In this document: positions 45,301 through 58,079 of the stretch, in pieces
Position numbering within the stretch: the stretch's first letter is position 1
Layout of the letters: every line of letters begins with the position of its first letter
NCBI GenBank assembly: GCA_032718475.1
Contig: JAUCBJ010007338.1
Location: forward strand, 25,450-89,449
DNA from: Nemertoderma westbladi
Lineage: Eukaryota > Animalia > Xenacoelomorpha
Length of the DNA stretch: 64,000 nucleotides
Reading direction: 5' to 3'
Notes under the pieces: generated by a model
What the model was told of the DNA's origin: nothing
What the model saw: the letters and a program-made list of their open reading frames with translations, nothing else
Databases searched by the model: none
Program-made: the position numbers and the translations under genes

Positions 45301-47301
45301 AGTCTCCTGCATCTGCCCGAGCAGGAGATCCATCCCCCGTCGTCTCTCGTCCACCCATTCGACCGCCGAAGCGGGAGTCGCCAACGTCGTAGCGGGCGGA
45401 CGAGGGACAACGGGCGACAAATCCGGAATATTTCGCTCGGGGTCCAGGACCTGAACTGTCGCCTGGGCAGTTCTACTGGGCACAGGTAGCTTAGTGCTAT
45501 GTAGAGGGAATTTAGAAGTAGCTTCAGGGAGCACAGGTGTGTCTATCACCGAAGGGGTGATTTCAAGAACAGGCCTAATTATTTCAGGCTCATCTACTAT
45601 AGTAGGGAGTCTTTCTATTGTAATTATTTGGTCTGTGGGCTCTGTACTACCTAAGTTGGTGTTATTTAGTTGGCTTCTAACAGCTGGAGGCAAATCAGGC
45701 AATTTCTGACGGTGGAATGTTCTTTTACGTCTGCTTAGGCGAGGTCGATTTCCTCCGCCTTCAGTGTCGGTGGTATCGCCTTCCTCAGATGATGTATACC
45801 CCTGTCTCTTGGGAGTAGATCGACTCATCATCTGCATATTACTAGCTGTTAACTGTTTATTGAAGTTGTCTTGCCTCTCTTGAAGATTTTCCAACTCTAG
45901 TTGGGTTGCCTCTTCAGATGCCCTCCGTTCTGCTTCTACCACTGCCTCTGCTGTTGCCAGTGCCGCCTTTCTTTCTGCTTCGGCCGCTGCCTTTGCTGCT
46001 GCTACTGCCGCTTTTGCCTCTGCCGCTGCCACTGCCGCTGCCGCTTTTGCCTCTGCCGCTGCCACTGCCGCTGCCGCTTTTGTTTCTGCTTCTGCAGCTG
46101 CCACTGCTGCTGCTACTGCCGCTGCCTTTCTGTCTTCTATACGTTTTTTCTTTACTTGTTCTTCCTGGACCTTAACGACGCGGAGTTGTTCATCGAATTT
46201 AGCTTGATTAGCCGCTAACCTATCCACGTCGATGGCGTCAAGCACACGCTGTGCTCCTTCACTATTAGGGCTAAGTCCCTCTAGTCTTCTCCGCAACTCT
46301 TCATCACCTACAAAACGTTGATAGTCTGACAGATAGATGTCAATGGCATCCCTCTTATGCGGTTTCTCTGCCGTCGCTTCACTTTCCACTTGGGAAGAAA
46401 TAGCGTCCGTTGATTCTCCATGGGTTGAGCGCTCCTCCAATTGAGCTTTCCACTGAGCTGCTCCTTGAACCTGGCGACTCACCCGTTGAAACCAAGTCTT
46501 TACGGCAACTTGCAACGACGTGTCTTATCTTCGTTTAGAAGCCTCCTCAAAGGCTGATAAGATTAGCCTGATCCGCAGAACTCTTTCTCTAACTTGATAA
46601 AGCAGCTGTCCCTGCTCTTGAGGTCCTTGAGGTTGTTGAAACAGTTGTCTCTCTACTCGCTCCATAGAGCTGAAGAATCCCTGGGCGTATCCGGCTGCGG
46701 ACCTCTTCCATACAGCTGGATCGATGGTCTCCTTGGCTACTCCCATCCGGTGTATGTCTTCCCAGGCAGCTTCTGATAAATCAAACGGGAGTCCGGGTCC
46801 GGGGAAGTTCCATTGCGACTCAACAATAGACTTCAGTTCTTCACTCGTGTATCCCGCGTAACTATCTCTAGTTGACCGTTGACTTCTCGCCCAATCGATC
46901 TGGTGTTCTTCCACCGCGATCAATAACCCAGCGAGCACGGCTGCAGGAAGGATGAGAAGGGGATCCGTATAAACCGCATCCGTCATCTCTGCTCCGCTCT
47001 CGGGTGTCAGCTCTACAGTATCCTCACTACTGGAGCTGCTGGGCCGCTGAGGAATAAGTTCTTGACTAGCGGGTTGTTGCTGTTCCGCTGCCTTTTGGTC
47101 CCGCTTGACCTGAGCTCGAGTGCCTATGATAGACCTACGATGTTGGACCAGCCTAGGTTCTGTTATTACTACTGGAGGGATGACCTTCCTCACAGTGGGA
47201 GGTGAACTGGATTTACGACCAGACAGTTGTACGTCTCTATCTGAGTCGCAGATAGTTACATCTAATAAACTGTCTGACAGGTTCTGCTTAGTATCAGACA
47301 T
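42325..47301 (-). CDS. BEL/Pao Gag-protease polyprotein, one reading frame broken by a single TAA at 46525-46527; RT and most of RNase H deleted, no integrase
   Basis: ORFs 46525-47301 and 42325-46515 are in the same frame. Gag core KFNGDEMKWLPF...LSNGEKLRYLIECLEG...L..RYG. Knuckles CVLCDGPHRLNAC, CYNCLRRGHQRRTC and CAKCGAKHHILLH. Protease ALLDSGS...ILIG...TRVGW.LTGP. Then QWRYCPKKFNPTDIASRG...PDFL...WP and YSSWNRL. Confidence 0.9.
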
Positions 47302-48677
47302 GACTATGTATACCGTTGAATGTCTACTGCTGTATTACAGTCTGAGTAAGTCTAGTAACTCAGTATTACCTGCTAGCCTAATAATTAATTACCGGTACTG
47401 CTACTCAGTGTAGCGTGATATATATATAATATATTAGAATACCGGTATGCTTATAGTATATATAACTATATAAGTATTATTACAGACTAGGTTTATCACA
47501 GAATACCGGTATAATTTTAGCACAAATATATATAAATATATAATAGGCCTATCGGAATACCGGTATACAGCTTACAGTTTGTAGTATATATAATTCTGGA
47601 ATAGAATTAATTACGAGTACCGGTATAATTTCAGCCTAGATTTATAGAAATAAGATAATAGGCCTATCGTAAATACCGGTATATCAATTATTTTAGAATA
47701 ATTGAATTTCTGAACTTTAGGGTTACTTGGTTACTTTAACTTACTTTATTACCGTTATTTAAGCAGTAATCCAACTGATATTGAGACCTAATGGTTTTAT
47801 GGTAGGCCTACTATTTATAAATCGTTAGATTTGATTTATAATGTATTTATACCCGTTTTAATGGGTTTAGTCAATGTTTGAAATAAATGTTATTATTTCT
47901 GGGGTAATCACTACACAAAGCGGTGCGCTTTTAGTGAAGTGTTACGTATAGGACACTAAAACAAATAATTCTAATTTACCTAAGTTACTTAATACTACAA
48001 ATTACGTACAATTCGGGTGAGATTACAATCTCTAAATAAACACAAAAATTTACAAAAAAACACAAAATACGAATTTTTAGGGTAATTTTACAAGAAGTCT
48101 ACAAACCAGCCTAACAAAGGGTTAGATAACCGGTTATTACAACGGACAGGGTACTACGGTATTTGAAATAATAAGTAGTAGTAAATACACTGCGTCGTCT
48201 AGATAGGAAAATACCACCGCCTGACGACCTATAGCCGTATCGCTATAGGTTCTACGTTATGTATCACGGAGTGTTCCTACCTAGAAGTTAATAGAGCTAA
48301 TCGAATGTGCCTATCAACCACTTTACAACACAGATATAATGTCTACAATGATTACTTCGGAAAGTACTGTACACTAAACCCTAAATTAGGTACGAGTACT
48401 TGTACAACAGATAATCAGTAGTTAAATATACTTGAACAGCTAAAAGAACCACGGCATCTGCTGGAGTGACCGATGCACAAAATCACCAGTCTTTACCTAC
48501 GCCGAGCAGCCCGTGTAGTACCGGGGTTAATTTAACTATAGCGGTATGTATAACAAACACAATTACTGTAGGAACAAACTTGGGGAATGAATGTTGCGGA
48601 TAATCGCATAAACTCTGAATAATAAATATTACGCTACGCGTACAAACTACTCAAACAAAATACAGACCGAACACTGA

Positions 48678-49189
48678 CAGACTACTATCAAGCCTAAACA
48701 AACTACGGTATATGCAGACTCCGAAATGATTAGGGAGTATGCGCTCTAACCCAGTAGTGCGACTTATTCTTTAGTTGGGGGTTTACCTTACAGCGTTCGC
48801 TGCCCCTACTGCCTAACCGTACTTAATCGGACAGATGATCTACACACGCGGCAATCCGTTCAGACCTAATAACAGCCAGACAACTATCCAGCCTACAAAT
48901 TATCTAAATAAAATTATACGCTACCCGTACAGACTTACACAAACAAAGTACAGACTAAACGATGGCAGACTACTCTCAAGCCTAAATAAACTACAGGACA
49001 TGCAGACTCCGAAATGATTAGGGAGTATGCGCTCTAACCCAGTAGTGCGACTTATTCTTTAGTTGGGGGTTTACCTTACAGCGTTCGCTGCCCCTACTTC
49101 CTAATCGTACTTAATCGGACAGGTGATCTACACACACTGCAATCCGTTCAGACTTAACAGCAATCAGACAACAGCTCAGCCTACAAATT
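48678..49189. repeat. ~224-bp direct duplication (period 288) in the element's 5' leader
   Basis: 48678-48901 versus 48966-49189; the core tgcagactccgaaatgattagggagtatgcgc...gcccctact is identical. Confidence 0.9.
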
Positions 49190-49463
49190 GTCTGTACAAT
49201 CTGATCAGGCTTACACGCCTTCTGTTCAATACTGGCCTACAAACAAATAAAACTTGACAGAAATAAGTAAAAATCTCAATAAAAAACCAGGGCGGGCCCT
49301 CCCTGATTAATTATTAAGGCCTACCGGTATATAATTATCAAAATCGAATAATACTGCTGTACCTGTACTGCTGTAGGTACCGGTCCGGGTGGTTAGGTAG
49401 TCAGGCCTACTGGGTACCGGTTGCCGGTACTTCAGCTTTATTGCCTACTGCAATAAAGAAGCA

Positions 49464-49474
49464 ATATCCGTTAT
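49464..49474 (-). promoter_or_regulatory. Putative self-priming primer-binding site (ATAACGGATAT on the minus strand)
   Basis: Abuts the 5' LTR, has no TGG tRNA-type PBS, and is exactly complementary to an LTR 11-mer at 50236-50246. Confidence 0.55.
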
Positions 49475-50712
49475 TGTTCGCGCTTTCAGACCTTTGGCAG
49501 TTTAACCCGCCAAATTAGGATGTCTGTTAGATAATAAATCACTTTAGCCGATGACAAATATTTGATTCACTACACTAGTCGAAACCAATCTGTGCGCGAT
49601 CATTCACCCGCTGGATAATTCCCGGGAGATTGGGTTCGACGGCTTAATTTTATTGCTATGTAAGCTTAATGTATTATTCGACTGACAGTATTATATAATC
49701 TCTGACAATATTATTCACCTTCGGGAATATCAACAGTTCCTTTAGGACGTGGCGCTTTATTTATATAAACAGAGTTATGACTTAAACTACTCACAACGAT
49801 ATGGCTTAGTTATAATTCACATATAATATGGCGCATTCTTTAGGAAATGCTTCGTTATCAGTATCACTCGCACACAATGCTGCACAATACTGCACACTGA
49901 TCTGCCGATCTTCACTGATTTTAGTTACATATAAAAGGAACACGGACTGACTCATGTAGGGTCTATCAAATAACATTAAATTCACTGCAAACCACTTTAA
50001 CATAAGTCACAATCGTTATCTGTAACCCTTCTCTCTTACCTTCAGTATATCAAGAATATTGGGTTTTCGGGTTATTTGTCGTTATTCCAAATATAATAAT
50101 TCATCAACCAAATTATGAAGTACAGACAGCAAATAGCAGTATAACAATATAAAGTATGCACAGTGTTACACAGTATACAGTGTATGCAGTACTGCAGTAT
50201 GCATTGATTGCATTGAGTTAGGTTAGTCAAGTTAGATAACGGATATATGTCCTTATGATTAAGCCTACTAGTGTACGGCTAAAACAGTAAAGCACAAAAA
50301 TACTTCTAAGCCGTTCTTTCCTTGGCTCAGGACTGAATGTAAACACTGCACATAGGCATTGCGTCATTTCTCGGAAATTTTCTGTACAAGGAGCCACAAA
50401 AACGCTCTAATTGGCTGACTGAACTGAGAGACGCCGTAGAACAAAGGAAATCAACACATATGAATGTCAGCTGTTAACCGTAGTCATAGTAACTACTGTT
50501 CAAGAGTAGCTATCACCCCTTTGCGTCACGAATTGCCATAGAATTATAAAATATGCCTTTCACAGTACACATACGGAGGAAATAGGTCTTAGATCCTCTA
50601 AAAACACCGATACAGCAATAATACGGTCTCTTACACTTATTAAATCAACTACAGAGTATTTTAATGTAAAAGATAATAAAAATAACGGGGCAATTCAGCA
50701 AAGGATTTTACA
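49475..50712 (-). repeat. 5' LTR (1238 bp)
   Basis: Pairs with 37837-39071. On the minus strand it carries CCAAT (50410-50414) and TGACGCAA motifs (50358-50367 and ~50521-50528). Confidence 0.95.
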
Positions 50713-53700
50713 GGTTCTGTATCCAAGACATGGGCTGGGGTATCTGTGTCACAAGACATGAACTGGAGTTTCTGTGTCACAAGACATGGGGTGGGGTTTC
50801 TCTATCGCAAGACATGAGCTGGGGTTTCTGTGTCACAAGACATACGCTGTGGTTTCTGTATCGCAAGACATGAGCTGGGGTTTCTGTATCGCAAAAAATG
50901 AGCTGGGGTTTGTGTCACAATACATGGGGTGGGGTTTCTGTGTCACTAGACATACGCTGTGGTTTCTGTATCGCAAGCCATAAGCTGGGGTTTCTGTGTC
51001 ACAAGACATACGCTGTGGTTTCTGTATCGCAAGACATGAGCTGGGGTTTCTGTATCGCAAAAAATGAGCTGGGGTTTGTGTCACAATACATGGGGTGGGG
51101 TTTCTGTGTCACAAGACATACGCTGTGGTTTCTGTATCGCAAGACATGAGCTGGGGTTTCCGTGTCACAATACATGGGGCGGGGTTTCTGTGTGACAAGA
51201 CATGATCTGTCGTTTCTGTATCGCAATACATGAGCTGAGGTTCTGTATCCAATACATGGGCTGGGGTATCTGTGTCACAAGACATGAGCGGGAGTTTCTG
51301 TGTCACAAGACATGTGGTGGGGTTTCTGCATCGCAAGACATGAGCTGGGGTTTCTGTGTCACTAGACATACGCTGTGGTTTCTGTATCGCAAGACATAAG
51401 CTGGTGTTTCTGTGTCCAAGACATGAGCTGGGGTTTCTGTATCGCAAGACATGACCTGTGGTTTCTGTGTCCAAGACATACGCTGTGGTTTCTGTGTCAC
51501 AAGACATGAGCTGGGGTTTCTGTGTCGCAAGACATACGCTGTGGGTTCTGTGTCCAAGACATGAGCTGTGCTTTCCGTGTCGCAAGACATGAGCTGGGGT
51601 TTCTGTGTCGCAAGACATACGCTGTGGTTTCTGTGTCCAAGACATACACTGTGGTTTCTGTGTCCAAGACATACGCTGTGGTTTCTGTGTCGCAAGACAT
51701 GAGCAGAGGTTTCTGTGTCGCAAGACATACGCTGTGGTTTCTGTGTCCAAGACATACGCTGTGGTTTCTGTGTCCAAGACATGAGCTGTGGTTTCTGTGT
51801 CACAAGACATGAGCTGGGGTATCTGTGTCACAAGACATGACCTGGGGTTTCTGTGTCGCAAAACATACGCTGTGGTTTCTGTGTCCAAGACATACGCTGT
51901 GGTTTCTGTGTCACAAGACAAACGCTGTGGTTTCTGTATCGCAAGACATGAGCTGGGGTTTCTGTGTCACAGGTCATAAGCTGGTGTTTCTGTGTCCAAG
52001 ACATACGCTGTGGTTTCTGTATCGCAAGACATGAGCTGGGGTTTCCGTGTCACAATACATGGGGCGGGGTTTCTGTGTGACAAGACATGATCTGTCGTTT
52101 CTGTATCGCAATACATGAGCTGAGGTTCTGTATCCAATACATGGGCTGGGGTATCTGTGTCACAAGACATGAGCGGGAGTTTCTGTGTCACAAGACATGG
52201 GGTGGGGTTTCTGCATCGCAAGACATGAGCTGGGGTTTCTGTGTCACTAGACATACGCTGTGGTTTCTGTATCGCAAGACATAAGCTGGTGTTTCTGTGT
52301 CCAAGACATGAGCTGGGGTTTCTGTATCGCAAGACATGACCTGTGGTTTCTGTGTCCAAGACATACGCTGTGGTTTCTGTGTCACAAGACATGAGCTGGG
52401 GTTTCTGTGTCGCAAGACATACGCTGTGGGTTCTGTGTCCAAGACATGAGCTGTGCTTTCCGTGTCGCAAGACATGAGCTGGGGTTTCTGTGTCGCAAGA
52501 CATACGCTGTGGTTTCTGTGTCCAAGACATACACTGTGGTTTCTGTGTCCAAGACATACGCTGTGGTTTCTGTGTCGCAAGACATGAGCAGAGGTTTCTG
52601 TGTCGCAAGACATACGCTGTGGTTTCTGTGTCCAAGACATACGCTGTGGTTTCTGTGTCCAAGACATGAGCTGTGGTTTCTGTGTCACAAGACATGAGCT
52701 GGGGTATCTGTGTCACAAGACATGACCTGGGGTTTCTGTGTCGCAAAACATACGCTGTGGTTTCTGTGTCCAAGACATACGCTGTGGTTTCTGTGTCACA
52801 AGACATGAGCTGGGGTTTCTGTGTCGCAAGACAAACGCTGTGGTTTCTGTATCGCAAGACATGAGCTGGGGTTTCTGTGTCACAGGTCATAAGCTGGTGT
52901 TTCTGTGTCCAAGACATGGGCTGGGGTTTCTGTGTCACAAGTCATAAGCTGTTGTTTTTGTGTCCAAGACATGGGCTGGGGTTTCTGTATCGCAAGAAAT
53001 GAGCTGTGGTTTCTGAGTCGCAATACATACGCTGAGGTTTCTGTATTGCAAGACATGAGCTAGGGCGTCTGTGTCCAAGACATGAGCTGGGGTGTCTGTG
53101 TCACAAGACATGGGCTGGGGTTTCTGTCTCACAAGACATACGCTGTGGTTTCTGTGTCGCAAGACATAAGCTGGGGTTTCTGTATCGCAAGACATAAGCT
53201 GGGGTTTCTGTGTCACATACATAAGCTGGGGTGTCTGTGTCACAAGACATGAGCTGGGGTGTCTGTGTCACAAGACATGAGCTGAAGTTTCTGTGTCGCA
53301 AGACATACGTTGTGGTTTCTGTGACCAAGACATGAGCTGGGGTTTCTGTGTCATAAGACATGAGCTGGGGTTTCTGTATCGCAAGACATGAGCTTTGGTT
53401 TCGGTGTCGCAAGACAAGCTGGGGTTTCTGTATCGCAAGACATGAGCTGGTGTATCTATGTCACAAGACATGAGCTGGGGTATCTGTGTCACAAGACATG
53501 AGCTGGGGTTTCTGTGTCGCAAGACATACGCTGTGGTTTCTGTATCGCAAGACATAAGCTGGGGTTTATCTATCGCAAGACATGAGCTGTGGTATATGTG
53601 TCGCAAGACATACGCTGTGGTTTCTGTATCACAAGACATAAGCTGGGATTTATGTATCGCAAGACATGAGCTGTGGTATCTGTGTCACAAGAAATGAGCT

Positions 53701-55290
53701 GGGGTTTCTGTGTCGCAAGACATACGCTGTGGTTTCTGTGTCCAACATAAGCTGGGGTTTCTGTGTCACAAGACTTAAGCTGGGGTTTCTGTATCTAAGA
53801 CATGAGCTGGGGTTTCTGTGTCACAAGTCATAAGCTGGTGTTTCTGTGTCCAAGACATGGGCTGGGGTTTCTGTGTTACAAGACATACGCTGTGGTTTCT
53901 GTATCGCAAGACATAAGCTGGTGTTTCTGTGTCCAAGACATGAGCTGGGGTTTATGTGTCACAAGTCATAAGCTGGTGTTTCTGTGTCCAAGACATGGGC
54001 TGGGGTTTCTGTGTTACAAGACATGAGCTGGGGTTTCTGTGTCACTAGACATACGCTGTGGATTCTGTATCGCAAGACATAAGCTGGTGTTTCTGTGTCC
54101 AAGACATGAGCTGGGGTTTCTGTGTCGCAAGACATGAGCTGGGGTATCGTGTCACAAGTCATAAGCTGGTGTTTCTGTGTCCAAGACATAAGCTGGGGTT
54201 CTGTATCCAAGACATGAGCTGGGGTTTCTGTGTCGCAAGACATACGCTGTGGTTTCTGTGTCCAAGACATACGCTGTGGTTTCTGTGTCGCAAGACATGA
54301 GCTGGGGTTTCTGTATCGCAAGACATACGCTGTGGTTTCTGTGTCCAAGACATGAGCTGTGGTTTCTGTGTCACAAGACATGAGCTGGGGTTTATGTGTC
54401 GCAAGACATACGCTGTGGTTTCTGTGTCCAACATCAGCTGGGGTTTCTGTGTCACAAGACTTAAGCTGGGGTTTCTGTATCTAAGACATGAGCTGGGGTT
54501 TCTGTGTCACAAGTCATAAGCTGGTGTTTCTGTGTCCAAGACATGGGCTGGGGTTTCTGTGTTACAAGACATACGCTTTGCTTTCTGTATCGCAAGACAT
54601 AAGCTGGTGTTTCTGTGTCGCAAGACATACGCTGTGGTTTCTGTGACCAAGACATGAGCTGTGGTTTCTGTGTCACAAGACATGAGCTGGGGTATCTGTG
54701 TCACAAGACATGAGCTGGGGTTTCTGTGTCGCAAGACATACGCTGTGGTTTCTTTATCGCAAGACATAAGCTGGTGTTTCTGTGTCCAAGACATGAGCTG
54801 GGGTTTCTGTATCGCAAGACATGAGCTGGGGTTTCTGTGTCACTAGACATACGCTGTGGTTTCTGTGTCACAAGTCATAAGCTGGTGTTTCTGTGTCCAA
54901 GACATGAGCTGGTGTTTCTGTGTCCAAGACATGAGCTGGGGTATCTGTGTCACAAGTCATAAGCTGGGGTTTCTGTGTCACAAGGCATGATCTGGGGTTT
55001 CTGTGTCACAAGACATGGGCTGGGGTTTCTGTGTCACAAGACATAAGCTGGGGTTTCTGTGTCACAAGACATGGGCTGGGGTTTCTGTGTCACAATACAT
55101 ACGCTGTGGTTTCTGCATCGCAAGACATAAGCTGGTGTTTCTGTGTCCAAGACATGAGCTGGGGTTTCTGGATCGCAAGACATGAGCTGGGGTTTCTGTG
55201 TTACTAGACATACGCTGTGGTTTCTGTATCGCAAGACATAAGCTGGTGTTTCTGTGTCGAAGACATGAGCTGGGATTTCTGAGTCACAAC
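50713..55290 (+). repeat. 28-bp satellite, right part (~4.6 kb), containing an 885-bp higher-order duplication
   Basis: Directly visible. The block starting near 51114 recurs near 51999; artefactual ORFs recur at offsets of exactly 885. Confidence 0.95.
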
Positions 55291-56756
55291 ACCTTCGGAT
55301 ACTTAAATGGCTAGATCTCGTAGGATCTGGTCGCAAGTACATTCATCAATCATAAAACATAAACGTTATGAAGCTGACCTTTTTAATTATTGTAATAAAA
55401 TATTTGACAGGCAACGGAGAAGTCACTACACAATGATACATAATGATGGATAAACTACAACTAAAAACACACAACCCAATGAAATTAACAGGAAAAATAT
55501 GATACCGCTGCTACTGAAAAGTAATATACATGATGGCGAAAAATTTGGCCAAAGCAACCCTTTGTTAAAATCTGCCCAAAGACGAGATTTTAGATTCATT
55601 AATAATATTAATATAACCTTAATAGTAATGTAATCAGAAATGTGTTTTTAAAGAACATTATCTGGGCGTAGCATGGAGGAGGCAAAGAAACAATGTTGTT
55701 TAGCTTAATTAATGGAAAAAATAATAGGTAATATCAGTATATCTAACACAACAATAAATAGTAATAAATTAACTGGACCAATCATACTGAGGTTAAAATC
55801 CAATGATTCAAAGAACCAAATTATTATAATATCAACATAATATACAAATTAATATGACCAAGATATTAATTATTATTATAATTAAAAGTATTAACATTAT
55901 GAAATTTCATGTCAATGTTAGGAAGCCACTGTATTGCTGTTATATTCAATATACACAAGTATTAATTAATAAATATAAGTACTGGGTATAACCATTTGAA
56001 TTCCACATTAATGACTTTGCGGTTAATCTATTGTTGTTGTGAGTGTAATTTACTTACTTTTACATTAATATTAAAAAAACACTCCAAAATGAGTTATTTA
56101 TTATGTCATGGCTAGACAGTACTAAATTGACACTTCTTTGTCTTTTGGCACAAAAACTGCAATAAGAGTAAATTCCCAGTTGACAGAAAATTTGGCGCAA
56201 ATGTGTCAGTGAGTATAAAACTTATCATTAGTTAAGGTAGGTTGTCCATGTCCATGTATATAATAATGCTACCATAGATTACGACATGCATGATCTTGGT
56301 CTTTAGTATTATTTCATCCTGTTTTACATCTAATTTTTGACACCTGAGAACTAATTAACTTAAATTGATGAACATTTATTTTAGATTTCGGAATTATCTG
56401 GTTCCCATATGACAAAAATGTTGAAATAAATGATAAAATGTTCTAATAAAAGGTGATACAATCGTAAATGGTAATGTCGTTGCAACATTATAAATTCCGA
56501 AATCTAACACTATATGACTAACTCTATCTACTATAATATACAGACCAACAAATCGAAAATAAACAATAATTACAGCAACAAAACCTGCACCAAGTTATAA
56601 GAACAACGCAAACAAAAACAACACGATAGCGGGATTTTTATACAATCGGTTTACCAAAAGTTTACTAAAAATTGCAACTACAGGCCTGCTGATCGTTAAC
56701 TTTAATTAAAACATATAAATTGGCCTGAGTATTAATGGTGATATAATATGTCGTGA

Positions 56757-57552
56757 GGGTCCCTATTAGAGAACGATAAGTCCTGCAGGTCCCTATTAGA
56801 GAACGATATGTCCTGGAGGTCCCTATTAGAGAACGATATGTCCTGGAGGTCCCTGTTAGAGAACGATATGTCCTGTGGGTCCCTATTAGAGAACGATATG
56901 TCCTGTGGGTCCCTATTAGAGAACGATATGTCCTGTGGGTCCCTATTAGAGAACGATATGTCCTGGAGGTCCCTATTAGAGAACGATATGTCCTGGAGGT
57001 CCCTGTTAGAGAACGATATGTCCTGTGGGTCCCTATTAGAGAACGATATGTCCTGTGGGTCCCTATTAGAGAACGATATGTCCTGGAGGTCCCTGTTAGA
57101 GAACGATATGTCCTGTGGGTCCCTATTAGAGAACGATATGTCCTGGAGGTCCCTATTAAAGAACGATATGTCCTGGAGGTCCCTATTAGAGAACGATATG
57201 TCCTGCAGGTCCCTATTAGAGAACGATATGTCCTGGAGGTCCCTATTAGAGAACGATATGTCCTGCAGGTCCCTATTAGAGAACGATATGTCCTGGAGGT
57301 CGCTATTAGAGAACGATATGTCCTGGAGGTCCCTATTAGAGAACGATATGTCCTGTGGGTCCCTATTAGAGAACGATATGTCCTGGAGGTCCCTATTAGA
57401 GAACGATATGTCCTGTGGGTCCCTAATAGAGAACGATATGTCCTGGAGGTCCCTATTAGAGAACGATATGTCCTGGAGGTCCCTATTAGAGAACGATATG
57501 TCCTGCAGGTCCCTATTTGAGAACGATATGTCCTGCAGGTCCCTATTTGAGA
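56757..57552 (+). repeat. 30-bp minisatellite (TCCTGGAGGTCCCTATTAGAGAACGATATG)n, about 26 copies
   Basis: Exact 30-bp register; variants tcctgga/tcctgtg/tcctgca at one site. Confidence 0.97.
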
Positions 57553-58079
57553 TCGCCTACTTCCTGATTTTTTACAATAATATTTATACCAATTAAAATA
57601 AATTAAAATTAACAAACAACTTATTCTAAAATAAAGTATCCAAAAAAGCAACTTAAATAGTTGAAAAATTAAATAATTTCGTTCCATTAAAGAAATTCCC
57701 GAAAGATAATATTACACTCAAACGCTGTTCCTAACTAAATATCATGATTGCCTGATAACAATATACTAACAAAATGAAATGAGAGCACGATAAAAGGCAA
57801 AAATATAGACACAATTACGTTGAAATTCATTGAGATTGATTAACCAGGTGTTTTTTATTAATAATATATAGCTATAAATTAATTATAATTATCAATGAAT
57901 TATTATAAATTTATTATAGATAATTGAGGAGTATAATAATCACAAGCAAAGGGCTGCCGGAAAGTTTGAAATTTAATTAAAATTTCATAAACGTTACCAT
58001 TCCATTTCTAAAACCTATTTTTAAAGCTGCTGCAGATCCTACAAGGGGTAGTGGTTTTATCCATTGCCTTGATAGCACA

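Larger units (their letters stand above)
37837..50712 (-). mobile_element. BEL/Pao-family LTR retrotransposon, internally deleted (non-autonomous), 12.9 kb
   Basis: Direct LTRs with TGT...ACA ends, 5-bp TSD GGTTC (37832-37836 and 50713-50717), BEL/Pao triple zinc knuckle, DSG protease and RNase H tail motif. Confidence 0.95.

Noticed and set aside
56757-57552. Possible CRISPR array (30-bp repeats)
   Set aside because: Units are head-to-tail with no unique spacers, there are no cas genes, and the context is eukaryotic. The same applies to the other arrays.
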